This document shows positions 1 to 10,019 of a stretch of DNA of 64,000 nucleotides, piece by piece (the first letter of the stretch is position 1; every line of letters starts with the position of its first letter). The DNA comes from Candidatus Oxydemutatoraceae bacterium (GTDB lineage: Bacteria; Pseudomonadota; Gammaproteobacteria; Poriferisulfidales; Oxydemutatoraceae). The DNA is taken from the NCBI GenBank assembly GCA_965218975.1, contig OZ244717.1:576001-640000 (forward strand). Reading direction: 5' to 3'. The notes under the pieces were generated by a model. It was not told the DNA's origin. It saw nothing but the letters and a program-made list of their open reading frames with translations, and did not search any database. The position numbers and the translations under genes were made by a program.

Positions 1-1
1 T

Positions 2-769
2 GATCTGAAGAAATTATCCGAACGCGGAGTTGAAATTTTCTTTACTCAGGTATTTGAACACAATTTTTTTCATGCCGATATGCATCCTGGCAACCTCTTT
101 ATAGAGATGAGCAATCCACAAAACCCAAAGTATTTAGGGGTTGATTTCGGTATTATGGGGACTTTGTCGGTTGATGATCAGCGATATTTGGCGGAGAATT
201 TTTTAGCTTTCTTTCAAAGTAACTATCACCGGGTTGCCGAATTACATATTGAATCTGGATGGGTGCCTGAGGATACCCGTATGGATGAGCTTGAATCTGC
301 GATCCGCACAGTTTGTGAACCGATCTTTCAGCGTCCTTTGAATGAAGTTTCGTTTGGTCAATTACTGGTTCGTTTATTTCGCATCGCCCGCGGGTTTAAT
401 ATGCAAGTGCAACCCCAGCTGATTTTATTGCAAAAAACTTTGCTGAATATTGAAGGATTAGGACGGGAACTTTATCCCGATCTTGATTTATGGGAAACAG
501 CGAAGCCGTTTTTGGAAAAATGGGTGTCGCAACGAACGGGACCGAAGTTTATTCTCTCCGAGTTACGGCAGTATCTGCCTCAGGCGTTGACGCAATTACC
601 GCTTCTGCCGAAAATCCTAGTAGATCATTTTGAGCATTCGCATGAGATGCAACGCCGGACTGAAGCAAGCAATCGTGAGCTGTGTCAAACAATTAAACGT
701 GCGCACCGCAATTTAATCATTGTTTTGCTATTTTTAGCTGCAGTCATTGTCGTCGTTTTTGTACTGTAG
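2..769 (+). CDS. ubiB: Ubiquinone biosynthesis regulatory kinase UbiB (5' partial)
   Basis: Frame open from base 2: GVEIFFTQVF..FFHADMHPGN, DFGI, QPQLILLQKTLLNIEGLGRELYP; C-terminal membrane anchor. Confidence 0.95.
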   Translation, partial: DLKKLSERGVEIFFTQVFEHNFFHADMHPGNLFIEMSNPQNPKYLGVDFGIMGTLSVDDQRYLAENFLAFFQSNYHRVAELHIESGWVPEDTRMDELESAIRTVCEPIFQRPLNEVSFGQLLVRLFRIARGFNMQVQPQLILLQKTLLNIEGLGRELYPDLDLWETAKPFLEKWVSQRTGPKFILSELRQYLPQALTQLPLLPKILVDHFEHSHEMQRRTEASNRELCQTIKRAHRNLIIVLLFLAAVIVVVFVL

Positions 770-778
770 CAGTGAACA

Positions 779-2941
779 ATGGATGTCTCGCCGATACTGG
801 ATGCGTTAAATTGCGAACAACGTGATGCTGTCACTGCCTCAGCGCAACATGCACTGGTGCTTGCCGGTGCAGGCAGCGGCAAAACTCGCGTTTTGACGCA
901 CCGCATTGCTTGGTTAGTTGAAACTCAGAAAGTTTCTCCTTTTGGGATTGTTGCCGTGACCTTTACCAATAAGGCGGCGAATGAGATGCGCATGCGTCTT
1001 GAATCTCTGCTTGAAACTCCGGTGCAAGGCATGTGGTTTGGTACTTTTCATGGACTGTGTTATCGCTTACTGCGCCGGCATTGGCAAGAAGCCGGTCTGA
1101 TGCAGAATTTTCAGATTATGGATACCCAAGACCAGCGTCGTCTCATCAAACGGATTCTGAAGAACTTGAATCTGGATGAAACGCAGTGGCAACCTAAGCA
1201 TGTGCAATGGTTTATTGAACAGTACAAGGATCAGGGAATACGGTCGCGGAATATACAAGAAAACGATGATATGGTGCAGCGCCAAATGATGAAAATTTAT
1301 GCGGAATACGAAAAAGTTTGTACGCAGTCGAGTTTAGTTGATTTTTCAGAGCTGTTGTTGCGCACAGTGGAATTATTGCGTGACAATAGCACATTGCAGC
1401 GGCTGTATCATGAACGATTCCGCTCTATTCTGGTTGATGAATTTCAAGATACGAACCGATTGCAATATGCTTGGATACGCAATCTTGCCGGCTGCGACAC
1501 TTCAATATTCGTTGTCGGGGACGACGATCAATCAATTTATAGTTGGCGTGGCGCATGTGCCGAAAATGTAAACAACTTCAACCGGGATTTTCCCACCGCA
1601 AAAATATACCGCTTAGAGCGTAATTATCGTTCAACACAAATAATTCTGTCTGTGGCTAATGCATTGATCCGACATAATCAAGGACGTCTTGGTAAGAATT
1701 TGTGGACGGATGAAAAGCAAGGAAATCCGATTCTATTTTTTGCGGCACATGATGAGCGAGAGGAAGCGAAGTTTACGGTCGCAAGAATTCAAGCGTGGAT
1801 TGAGTCGGGGAAACCAGGGAACCAAGCGGCAATTTTATATCGCTCCAATGCGCAATCGCGGGTTTTTGAAGAACAGCTGGGTGCGGAAAAAATTCCTTAC
1901 CGTGTTTATGGGGGAGTGCGCTTTTTTGAGCGTCTAGTCGTCAAAGATGTGTTGGCCTACTTACGGCTTGCGCAAAACTTCGCGGATGATCCGTCGTTTG
2001 AACGGATCATTAATATGCCGCCGCGAGGAATCGGGAACCGCACGATTGAGACTTTGCGCATGACCGCAAGGGAGCAAAACATCAGTTTATGGGCAGCAGG
2101 GTTACATTTGCAGAAAACGAACCAGCTATCCGCGCGAGCAACCAATGCGCTGGCAGACTTTTATCATTTAATAAACAAACTGAAAAGTAATACGGCTTTG
2201 TTGCTTGCCGAACAAATCGAGAATGTGATTGCTTGGTCGGGGTTGAGAGATCATTATGCTCGATTAAAAGATGAAAAATCTCAATCTAATATTGAAAATC
2301 TTGGTGAATTGGTTATCGCCGCCGAATCGTTTGAAAAAAATCAATTGGCGGATGAAGATTTGACTCCGCTTGAGGCATTTCTGATTTATACTGCCTTGGA
2401 GGCGGGAGAGCGATGGAGCGGATCACCGGATGATTGCGTGCAGTTAATGACTTTACATTCAGCAAAAGGGTTGGAATTTTCGTTAGTTTTTATGGTGGGT
2501 CTTGAAGAAGGACTATTCCCCCATGCTATGTCAATTGAAAATCCGGCCGGTTTGGAAGAAGAACGACGGCTATGTTATGTGGGGATTACACGTGCAAAGG
2601 AACAGCTAGTTATTAGTTACGCACAAACGCGACGACGTTATGGCGCTAAAGAAGTGCATAATCTGTCGTCACGATTCGTTTATGAGTTACCTTTGAAATT
2701 GATTAAAGAAGTCAGGCCGGAGTTACGTACAAGTCAAGCGATTTCATCAAAGAAAGTTACGCAAACATTTAGTACCAATAATGCGATTCATGTTGGTCAA
2801 ACAGTAAAACATAGCAAGTTCGGTCAAGGAATTGTCCTAGCATGTGAGGGCTCGGATGTCGGCGCACGCGCACAAGTGCGGTTTAAAAATGTCGGAACCA
2901 AATGGTTGGTTGTCGCTTATGCCAATTTGCGCGTCTGCTAA
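779..2941 (+). CDS. uvrD: DNA helicase II UvrD
   Basis: LAGAGSGKT, VDEFQD, VGDDDQSIY, LERNYRS, TLHSAKGLEF, EERRLCYVGITRA; C-terminal Tudor-like HSKFGQG..KWLV. Confidence 0.96.
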   Translation: MDVSPILDALNCEQRDAVTASAQHALVLAGAGSGKTRVLTHRIAWLVETQKVSPFGIVAVTFTNKAANEMRMRLESLLETPVQGMWFGTFHGLCYRLLRRHWQEAGLMQNFQIMDTQDQRRLIKRILKNLNLDETQWQPKHVQWFIEQYKDQGIRSRNIQENDDMVQRQMMKIYAEYEKVCTQSSLVDFSELLLRTVELLRDNSTLQRLYHERFRSILVDEFQDTNRLQYAWIRNLAGCDTSIFVVGDDDQSIYSWRGACAENVNNFNRDFPTAKIYRLERNYRSTQIILSVANALIRHNQGRLGKNLWTDEKQGNPILFFAAHDEREEAKFTVARIQAWIESGKPGNQAAILYRSNAQSRVFEEQLGAEKIPYRVYGGVRFFERLVVKDVLAYLRLAQNFADDPSFERIINMPPRGIGNRTIETLRMTAREQNISLWAAGLHLQKTNQLSARATNALADFYHLINKLKSNTALLLAEQIENVIAWSGLRDHYARLKDEKSQSNIENLGELVIAAESFEKNQLADEDLTPLEAFLIYTALEAGERWSGSPDDCVQLMTLHSAKGLEFSLVFMVGLEEGLFPHAMSIENPAGLEEERRLCYVGITRAKEQLVISYAQTRRRYGAKEVHNLSSRFVYELPLKLIKEVRPELRTSQAISSKKVTQTFSTNNAIHVGQTVKHSKFGQGIVLACEGSDVGARAQVRFKNVGTKWLVVAYANLRVC

Positions 2942-2976
2942 TATTTTCTTTGCATAAAACGGTTACTTGGTCAATT

Positions 2977-2985
2977 TGCTATAAT
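2977..2985 (+). promoter_or_regulatory. Extended -10 element (TGCTATAAT) upstream of the TRAP binding-protein gene
   Basis: Consensus TGnTATAAT about 30 bp before ATG 3015. Confidence 0.55.
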
Positions 2986-3014
2986 ACCGTCATCCGTAAT
3001 AACATGTAGTCGTT

Positions 3015-4124
3015 ATGCGCCGCAGAGAGTTTTTCACTAAATTAGGTTCAGGTGTATTGGCGGGCGGCGCTTTGAGCGCGTGCGATCAGTCCCAGCCAAC
3101 TCGACCGAATCATCAGTCGAAAGCCGCTACGCATGTTTTCCAATGGAAGATGGTAACGACTTGGCCTAAGAATTTTCCGGTCATCGGCACGGGCGTTGAG
3201 CAATTTGCGCAATGGGTTGACGAGATGTCAGGCGGACGGTTAAAGATTAAAGTGTATGCGAGCGGTGAATTAGTTCCGGCATTTGAGTGTTTGGATGCGG
3301 TATCCGATGGTGCGGTGCAAATGGGGCATGGCGCATCTTATTATTGGCAAGGGAAAAATCCCGCACTACAGTTTTTTTCTTCGGTTCCGTTCGGAATGAA
3401 TCCTTTGCAGATGAATGCTTGGCTATATTATGGCGGGGGGCTCCGTTTGTGGACGGAAGCCTATACGCCTTTTGATGTCATTCCGATACCGGCAGGAAAT
3501 ACCGGAGTGCAAATGGCGGGATGGTTTAATCGCGAGATTAATGGGGTTGATGATTTCAAAGGCTTGAAAATGCGCATTCCCGGATTGGGGGGCAAAGTGT
3601 TAAAGCGTATGGGAGGCACTCCTGTTACCTTACCGGGTGGCGAATTATTGACTGCCATGCAAACGCGAGTAATCGATGCGGTTGAATGGATTAATCCTTA
3701 TTCGGACTTTGCTTTTGGTCTGCATAAAGTTGCAAAATATTATTATTATCCGGGTTGGCACGAGCCCGGTACCACATTGGAATGTATTGTCAATCGTAAG
3801 GCGATGGAGTCTTTACCTAGAGATTTGCGGCGGATTATTTTGACTGCGACGAGAATGATGAACACTGGGATGGTTGCCGAATATGTGGCAAAAAACAAAG
3901 ACGCGATCAGGAGAATAAAAAATTTACCCGAAGTCCGACTGCGACGCTTATCCGACGAAATTTTGGCTGAATTACGTGATATTTCCGAGCAAGTAGTTGA
4001 GGAGCTGGCGCAGGATAGCGATTTTTCTCGCAGAATTTATGATTCTTATGTACAATTTATGCAGCAAACACAAGTTTGGCTTGATGTTTCAGACCATGCA
4101 TATTATTCAATATCAATGTCATAA
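3015..4124 (+). CDS. dctP: TRAP transporter substrate-binding protein (DctP/TakP type), Tat-exported lipoprotein
   Basis: MRRREF Tat motif, LSAC lipobox, WKMVTTWP, GLKMRIPG, YYYPGWHEP. Confidence 0.9.
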   Translation: MRRREFFTKLGSGVLAGGALSACDQSQPTRPNHQSKAATHVFQWKMVTTWPKNFPVIGTGVEQFAQWVDEMSGGRLKIKVYASGELVPAFECLDAVSDGAVQMGHGASYYWQGKNPALQFFSSVPFGMNPLQMNAWLYYGGGLRLWTEAYTPFDVIPIPAGNTGVQMAGWFNREINGVDDFKGLKMRIPGLGGKVLKRMGGTPVTLPGGELLTAMQTRVIDAVEWINPYSDFAFGLHKVAKYYYYPGWHEPGTTLECIVNRKAMESLPRDLRRIILTATRMMNTGMVAEYVAKNKDAIRRIKNLPEVRLRRLSDEILAELRDISEQVVEELAQDSDFSRRIYDSYVQFMQQTQVWLDVSDHAYYSISMS

Positions 4125-4157
4125 CATCAATGCGCTAAACGAAGGAAGGGAAACTCA

Positions 4158-4370
4158 ATGAGTATAATTTTTGATCTTGATATCGGCACACTGGCATTTT
4201 TCGTGTTTAGTTTTTTAGTCGGCATTATCGTTGCGATTCAAGCAATCTTTTTTAGTCGCAAAGAAACTAAAATGCACCGATTAGTACGCGGCGTTGTCGG
4301 TGTTGCCTATCTTGTCATCACAACGGCTGCGTTTCAACAGCTGCAAGTCGTTGATGTGATGGCAAAGTAG
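4158..4370 (+). CDS. Small two-TM membrane protein, unknown function
   Basis: 70-aa ORF, purine-rich RBS (GAAGGAAGGG), two hydrophobic segments, fills the intergenic gap. Confidence 0.55.
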   Translation: MSIIFDLDIGTLAFFVFSFLVGIIVAIQAIFFSRKETKMHRLVRGVVGVAYLVITTAAFQQLQVVDVMAK

Positions 4371-4376
4371 CAAATA

Positions 4377-5741
4377 CTACTCCGAGAAAAGTAAGTTCGG
4401 TAACCAAGTTGCTGTCATGGGGAACAGCGCGAGTAGTGTCAGCATTAACAACTGCAGAGCGATGAACGGTGTTACACCGGCATAGATTTGACCGGTTGTA
4501 ATTGACTTGGGTGCAATACCGCGCAGATAGAAGAGAGAAAAGCCGAACGGAGGGGTAAGAAAAGAAGTCTGCAAATTAATTGCAATCATAATTCCTAACC
4601 AAATGGGGTCAAGTCCGAGCATTAGCAATATTGGCGCGACAATCGGGACGATAATCAAGGTAATTTCAATAAAATCCAAGAAAAATCCCATAGCGAATAT
4701 TACTAGCATCACAACAATGACTTTAGCTCCGGTTCCGCCCGGAAGTTGGGATAATGCCTGATGTACAAGTTCATCACCGCCAAAACCTCGAAAGCTCATA
4801 GAGAAAAGTGATGCGCCTATCAAAATCATAAAAACCATACAGGTAATACGGGTTGAAGAAATGACGATTTTACGTAAATTTACTAGATTCATACTGCGGT
4901 TTAATGCGCTAAGGATTAGGACGCCGACTGCGCCGATTGCTGCCGCTTCCGTCGGTGTCGCCACCCCGAAGAGGATGGCCCCCAACACTGCCGCCATCAG
5001 AAATAGAGGCGCGAACAAGGCCTTGCTTAAATTTTTCCAATCAATCGTTTGCCGAGGTGCAATTCGTGATGCGGGGACCCATTGTGGCTGAAAAATAGCG
5101 ACGGCAATTAGGTAAGTTGAATATAACACGACAAGTAGCAGCCCCGGAATCAGCGCACCGGCAAAAAGATCAATCACTGAAACCGATTTCGGAGAAAAAA
5201 TGCCTTGACTGGTTTGAGCAATTTGATAGGAAGATGAAATTACATCGCCGAGTAACACTAGTATGATCGAAGGCGGGATAATTTGCCCTAGAGTGCCTGT
5301 GGCACAAATTGTGCCGCAGGCAATGCGCGGATCGTAATTATTTTTTAGCATGGACGGTAGTGCGATTAATCCCATTGATACTACAGTTGCGCCGACAATC
5401 CCGGTGCTTGCGGCAAGCAGTGTTCCGATAAGCACTACAGCGAAACCAAGATTTCCACGAACTTTAGGGAATAGATAAGAGATTTGGCTGAGCAAGTTTT
5501 CAGCGATACGGCTATGCTGCAACGTAACACCCATAAATATAAATAATGGGACTGCAATCAATGTGCCGTTCGTCATAATTCCGTACAAACGTCCGCTGAT
5601 AAGGTGCAAAAATGACGCATCGATTGTACCGCTTAGTATTCCGACAAAAGCAAACAGTAAAGCGGTGCCTGCCAGCACAAAGGCGACGGGAAATCCGCTG
5701 AGGATCAAACCGATAGCAACGATAAATAAAATGACCGCCAT
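4377..5741 (-). CDS. dctM: TRAP transporter large permease DctM
   Basis: AASTGIVGATV, GTLGQIIPPS, GVATPTEAAA, LQTSFLTPPFG; start taken at ATG 5741. Confidence 0.92.
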   Translation of the reverse strand: MAVILFIVAIGLILSGFPVAFVLAGTALLFAFVGILSGTIDASFLHLISGRLYGIMTNGTLIAVPLFIFMGVTLQHSRIAENLLSQISYLFPKVRGNLGFAVVLIGTLLAASTGIVGATVVSMGLIALPSMLKNNYDPRIACGTICATGTLGQIIPPSIILVLLGDVISSSYQIAQTSQGIFSPKSVSVIDLFAGALIPGLLLVVLYSTYLIAVAIFQPQWVPASRIAPRQTIDWKNLSKALFAPLFLMAAVLGAILFGVATPTEAAAIGAVGVLILSALNRSMNLVNLRKIVISSTRITCMVFMILIGASLFSMSFRGFGGDELVHQALSQLPGGTGAKVIVVMLVIFAMGFFLDFIEITLIIVPIVAPILLMLGLDPIWLGIMIAINLQTSFLTPPFGFSLFYLRGIAPKSITTGQIYAGVTPFIALQLLMLTLLALFPMTATWLPNLLFSE

Positions 5742-5743
5742 GC

Positions 5744-6289
5744 TTAATTTACATGGTTTGAAGAAGGACCGCGGTAGCAAAGAGTGCGAAGATTGTGCGC
5801 AATGTCGGCGATACTTTGTGTTAGTAACAATATTGCCATCAAAGGAATAAAGGTCTTTAAGATAAATACGAATGGCAGGCCGCCTGCCTCAAGAGATTTT
5901 TCCATCAACTGCCATGAACGTAGCGTATAATTGGCGCTGATGATAATGATCGTTATGCTAAAAGGCAGCACTAAAAATATATGGCCTAATAAATTGACCT
6001 TGGCGCGCGTTACCTCTGAAAACTTTGCATAGAAAATATCAATGCGCACGTGCTGTTCGCAGCGCAAGGTATATCCCATGCAGGCCATTACAATTATTGC
6101 GTGCAAATAGGTGGTGATTTCCTGCATCCAGATTACGCCGAAGTTTAGGCTATAGCGCAAAGCTGCCACGATGAATGTGACAATGATCAACGGCAGAAAT
6201 AGCCATGAGATGATATGACCGATATAGTCGGATACCCGACCCAATTTTTTTTCAAGGTTTATTAGAAATGTCGTTATTGATTTTGACAT
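5744..6289 (-). CDS. dctQ: TRAP transporter small permease DctQ
   Basis: Four TM segments, HVRIDIFY motif, adjacent to dctM. Confidence 0.9.
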   Translation of the reverse strand: MSKSITTFLINLEKKLGRVSDYIGHIISWLFLPLIIVTFIVAALRYSLNFGVIWMQEITTYLHAIIVMACMGYTLRCEQHVRIDIFYAKFSEVTRAKVNLLGHIFLVLPFSITIIIISANYTLRSWQLMEKSLEAGGLPFVFILKTFIPLMAILLLTQSIADIAHNLRTLCYRGPSSNHVN

Positions 6290-7221
6290 AAAGAAGGTGC
6301 TTCCCGGATACGTTGATACAAGATGTTTTTAATAAAATTCGGGTCTTTGGTATGAGTGATGTGTCCGCGTCGCGGAAAATGTTTGTCGTACAGGCGGGAC
6401 AGCCAGAAACGTAACGCAGCGTGACGTAATGCATTTTGCCATTGTAACTGCTCATTTTTGTTGAAAGTGCGGAGTTGTTGATATGCAGCTATAAACGCAT
6501 GATATTTTTTTAAATCAAATCTTCCATCAGGTTTGACACACCAGTCGTTGACAGTAATTGCGATGTCATAGATAAATTTATCGTTACAGGCATAATAAAA
6601 ATCAATTAACCCGGTTAATCGACCATGCTCGAATAACACATTATCGCGGAATAAATCGGCATGGATTGTACCCGCGGGAATGTCTGTCAAAGGATAATCA
6701 TTATGGTGCCGGAGCTCTCTATCAAGCAAGTCTGCGTCTTCCAAATTCAAGCATGATCGCACTCGTGCGTTAATGTCGCGACACCAAGCGAGCCCGCGCT
6801 GATTGGCACGTTGATGCTTGAAATTGCTAGCGGTAAGATGTACCGTTGCCAACATGCGGCCAAGCATATAGCATTGCTCAACAGTTGCTGTGCGGATAGT
6901 TTGTCCGCTTAACCGGGTGATTAAAACCGAAGGTTTGCCGCGCAGTTCTTGCAAGTAATTTCTTTGCTTGTCGGGGACCGGGGTCGGGACCGGAAGATTG
7001 GCATCCGAGATGTACGCCATGAGCTTTAGAAAATAAGGAAGATTATCGGAACTTTGCTGCTCAAAAATCGTTAGGACGAATTGTCCTTTGGTTGTATCTA
7101 CGAAGTAATTGGTATTCTCAATACCCTCATTGATACCGTGATAGGCAAGCAGGGCGCCGACCGAGTAACATTCCAAAAAATCATGCATTTCTGCTTCCTC
7201 AATTGAAGTATAGACGGACAT
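6274..7221 (-). CDS. thrB: Homoserine kinase type II (APH-like)
   Basis: MSVYT start, GIENTNYF, IHADLFRDNVLF, IDFYYAC, LRFWLSRL. Confidence 0.93.
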   Translation of the reverse strand: MSVYTSIEEAEMHDFLECYSVGALLAYHGINEGIENTNYFVDTTKGQFVLTIFEQQSSDNLPYFLKLMAYISDANLPVPTPVPDKQRNYLQELRGKPSVLITRLSGQTIRTATVEQCYMLGRMLATVHLTASNFKHQRANQRGLAWCRDINARVRSCLNLEDADLLDRELRHHNDYPLTDIPAGTIHADLFRDNVLFEHGRLTGLIDFYYACNDKFIYDIAITVNDWCVKPDGRFDLKKYHAFIAAYQQLRTFNKNEQLQWQNALRHAALRFWLSRLYDKHFPRRGHITHTKDPNFIKNILYQRIREAPSLCQNQ

Positions 7222-7289
7222 GTGAATATCAAGAGTTTAAGAAATGTGCAATACTAACAAACTTTGCGCGGACTATAGTGTTTTTTGAT

Positions 7290-9986
7290 ATGGCTGAGAA
7301 GAAAAAATTAGTTTTAGTGGATGGTTCAGGCTATTTGTTCAGAGCATTTTACGCCGTTCCGCCGCTAACTGCCCCTGACGGTCGACCGACCGGAGTAATT
7401 TATGGCGTAATTAACATGTTGCGCCGGTTATTAAAAGAAGAGAAACCGGATAATTTTCTGGTAGTTTTTGATGCAAAAGGCGAAACATTCCGACATCGAA
7501 TGTATCCTCAATATAAAGCAAATCGTCCGCCGAATCCGAAAGAATTGCAGGTGCAAGTTCAGCCCTTGCTTGAATTGGTCATGAAATTAGGTTATCCGAT
7601 GCTGCAAGTTGAGGATTTTGAAGCGGATGATGTGATAGGCACTTTGGCGGTATCCGCGCCGGAAAAAAATTATAAAGTTATTGTTGCGACATGCGACAAA
7701 GATTTCGCGCAAATCGTAACGGAGGACATCATTTTATTTGACCCGATGAAAAGGCAGTTTTTGCGTCGTGAGTCAGTTAAAGAAAAAATGGGCATATTTC
7801 CCGAACAAGTGGTTGATTACCTCGCTTTGATGGGGGATAAGTCTGATAATGTTCCCGGAGTAGAGGGTGTCGGACCGAAAACTGCGATACGTTGGCTGAA
7901 GGAGTACTCAACACTTGAACAGCTTTTGGAGCATGCGGAGAAAATCAAAGGAAAAGTGGGTGAAAAGTTACGCGCGAGCCGAAAAGATTTGGCCTTGTAT
8001 CGCAAACTAGTGACAATTAACCGCGCAGTGCCTTTGAATGTTGGGATTAGTGATTTAAAAATGAGCGCACCGGATTTGCCGGCGTTACATGAGATATATG
8101 CGGCACTTGGTTTCCGGAGTTTGCTCAACGAAATTGAAAACTTATCTGCCGAAGGAGAGAGTGCTCCGCAGCAGCCGGAAGGAGCGGACTATCAACTTAT
8201 TTTAGACGATAAAGTTTTCCGGGAATGGTTAGACCGTTTAAAAGCAACCGAACTATTTGCTTTTGATATTGAAACCGTCGGTGATAATTATATGCAAGCT
8301 GAAATTGTCGGCATGGCTTTTGCAACCACGCCGAAGGTGGCGGCTTACTTGCCGGTCGCGCATGATTATGGCGGGATGCCCGTACAATTATCGCGTGAAA
8401 AAACCTTGGATGCGCTACGTGATTTATTACAAGATGAACAAGCAAAAAAAGTGGGCCATCATCTGCAATATGCTCGTAATGTGCTGTTTCATCACGGTAT
8501 AAACCTGCGCGGCGTTGTACATGATATAATGCTGCAGTCTTATGTGCTGAATTCAGCGACAGGCAATCACGATTTAATCTCATTATGTCGGCAGCATCTT
8601 TCCTGCTATCCACCTGTATGGGAAGAGATTGAGAAGAGTATGAAGAAGCAGCCGATCAGTCAAATGGATGTTGCGGCAATATGTCGGTATTCTGCCGGGA
8701 AAACAAGTGTTTATATAAGTTTGTATCAAACGCTGAATAAGAAGTTGAAACTTTGCGAGCGCTTATTAAAGTTTTATCAAGAAACCGAGTTGCCGATGCT
8801 GTACGTGCTTTCGGATATAGAGCGGAAAGGAGTTTGTTTGGACACTAATCTCTTAACTAAGCAAGATAAACATTTGACCGAACGAATCCGTCAAATTAAG
8901 CGGCAGATTTACGCTGTATCCGGTTATGAATTTAATCTTGATTCGCCGACGCAAATACGACAAATATTATTTATTGATCAGGGTTTACCCGTGATTAAAA
9001 AGACTAAGAAAGGCGAGCCGTCGACCGACGAGGAAGTGTTAAATCAGCTGGCTGAAACATATCGTTTCCCGCAATTAATTTTACGGTATAGGTCGCTGAG
9101 TAAGCTGCAATCTACTTACACGCGGAAATTACCTCAGGCGGTGAATCCAATAACACAGCGTATTCATACCTCGTATCACCAAGCGGTAACTGTCACCGGT
9201 CGACTTTCTTCATCAAGCCCGAATCTACAAAATATTCCGATTCGTACTGTGGAAGGAAGGCAAATACGTAAAGCTTTTGTCGCAGCTGAAGGTTATAGCC
9301 AAATTGCGGCGGATTATTCCCAAATTGAACTGCGTTTGATGGCACATATTTCTCAAGATAAGAATTTATGTGCGGCTTTTCATCATGGGGATGATGTGCA
9401 TAAACTTACCGCCTCTGAAGTGTTTGGGATACCTATTCAACAAGTGACAGAAACGGAGCGACGTGATGCAAAGGCAATTAATTTTGGTTTGATTTATGGA
9501 ATGCAGGCTTTTGGGCTTGCCAAACAACTTGGGGTTAGCAGGGTGCAGGCAAAAGAATATTTGGAGGCGTATTTTGAGCGCTATCCTAAGGTGCGGCAAT
9601 ACATGTCCGATATAAAAGAGTCGGCACGCCGGAAAGGGTATGTTGAGACTTTATTCGGTAGACGCCTGTATTTACCCGCAATGAAGTCACGTCATGCGCC
9701 GACGCGTCAATATGCCGAACGGACTGCAATCAATGCACCGATGCAAGGCAGCGCTGCGGATATCATAAAACGTGCGATGGTCGGTTTATATCGAAGATTT
9801 GACGAAATGCGAATTGATGCTGCAATAATTATGCAGGTGCATGATGAATTGATTATTGAAGCCAAAGAATCCGATGCCGATGATATCGTGATGGAGTGCC
9901 GGCGTATTATGTCTACCGCCGCTCATTTGATAGTACCGCTTGAAGTGGATATTGGTGTTGGGGCAAATTGGGACGAGGCACATTGA
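7290..9986 (+). CDS. polA: DNA polymerase I
   Basis: LVDGSGYLFRAF, EADDVIGTLA, GDKSDNVPGV, GRLSSSSPNLQNIP, ADYSQIELR, KAINFGLIYG, QVHDEL; start at ATG 7290. Confidence 0.97.
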   Translation: MAEKKKLVLVDGSGYLFRAFYAVPPLTAPDGRPTGVIYGVINMLRRLLKEEKPDNFLVVFDAKGETFRHRMYPQYKANRPPNPKELQVQVQPLLELVMKLGYPMLQVEDFEADDVIGTLAVSAPEKNYKVIVATCDKDFAQIVTEDIILFDPMKRQFLRRESVKEKMGIFPEQVVDYLALMGDKSDNVPGVEGVGPKTAIRWLKEYSTLEQLLEHAEKIKGKVGEKLRASRKDLALYRKLVTINRAVPLNVGISDLKMSAPDLPALHEIYAALGFRSLLNEIENLSAEGESAPQQPEGADYQLILDDKVFREWLDRLKATELFAFDIETVGDNYMQAEIVGMAFATTPKVAAYLPVAHDYGGMPVQLSREKTLDALRDLLQDEQAKKVGHHLQYARNVLFHHGINLRGVVHDIMLQSYVLNSATGNHDLISLCRQHLSCYPPVWEEIEKSMKKQPISQMDVAAICRYSAGKTSVYISLYQTLNKKLKLCERLLKFYQETELPMLYVLSDIERKGVCLDTNLLTKQDKHLTERIRQIKRQIYAVSGYEFNLDSPTQIRQILFIDQGLPVIKKTKKGEPSTDEEVLNQLAETYRFPQLILRYRSLSKLQSTYTRKLPQAVNPITQRIHTSYHQAVTVTGRLSSSSPNLQNIPIRTVEGRQIRKAFVAAEGYSQIAADYSQIELRLMAHISQDKNLCAAFHHGDDVHKLTASEVFGIPIQQVTETERRDAKAINFGLIYGMQAFGLAKQLGVSRVQAKEYLEAYFERYPKVRQYMSDIKESARRKGYVETLFGRRLYLPAMKSRHAPTRQYAERTAINAPMQGSAADIIKRAMVGLYRRFDEMRIDAAIIMQVHDELIIEAKESDADDIVMECRRIMSTAAHLIVPLEVDIGVGANWDEAH

Positions 9987-10019
9987 TTGTCGGGTATTGC
10001 AAGCTAAGATCTTTTACAG

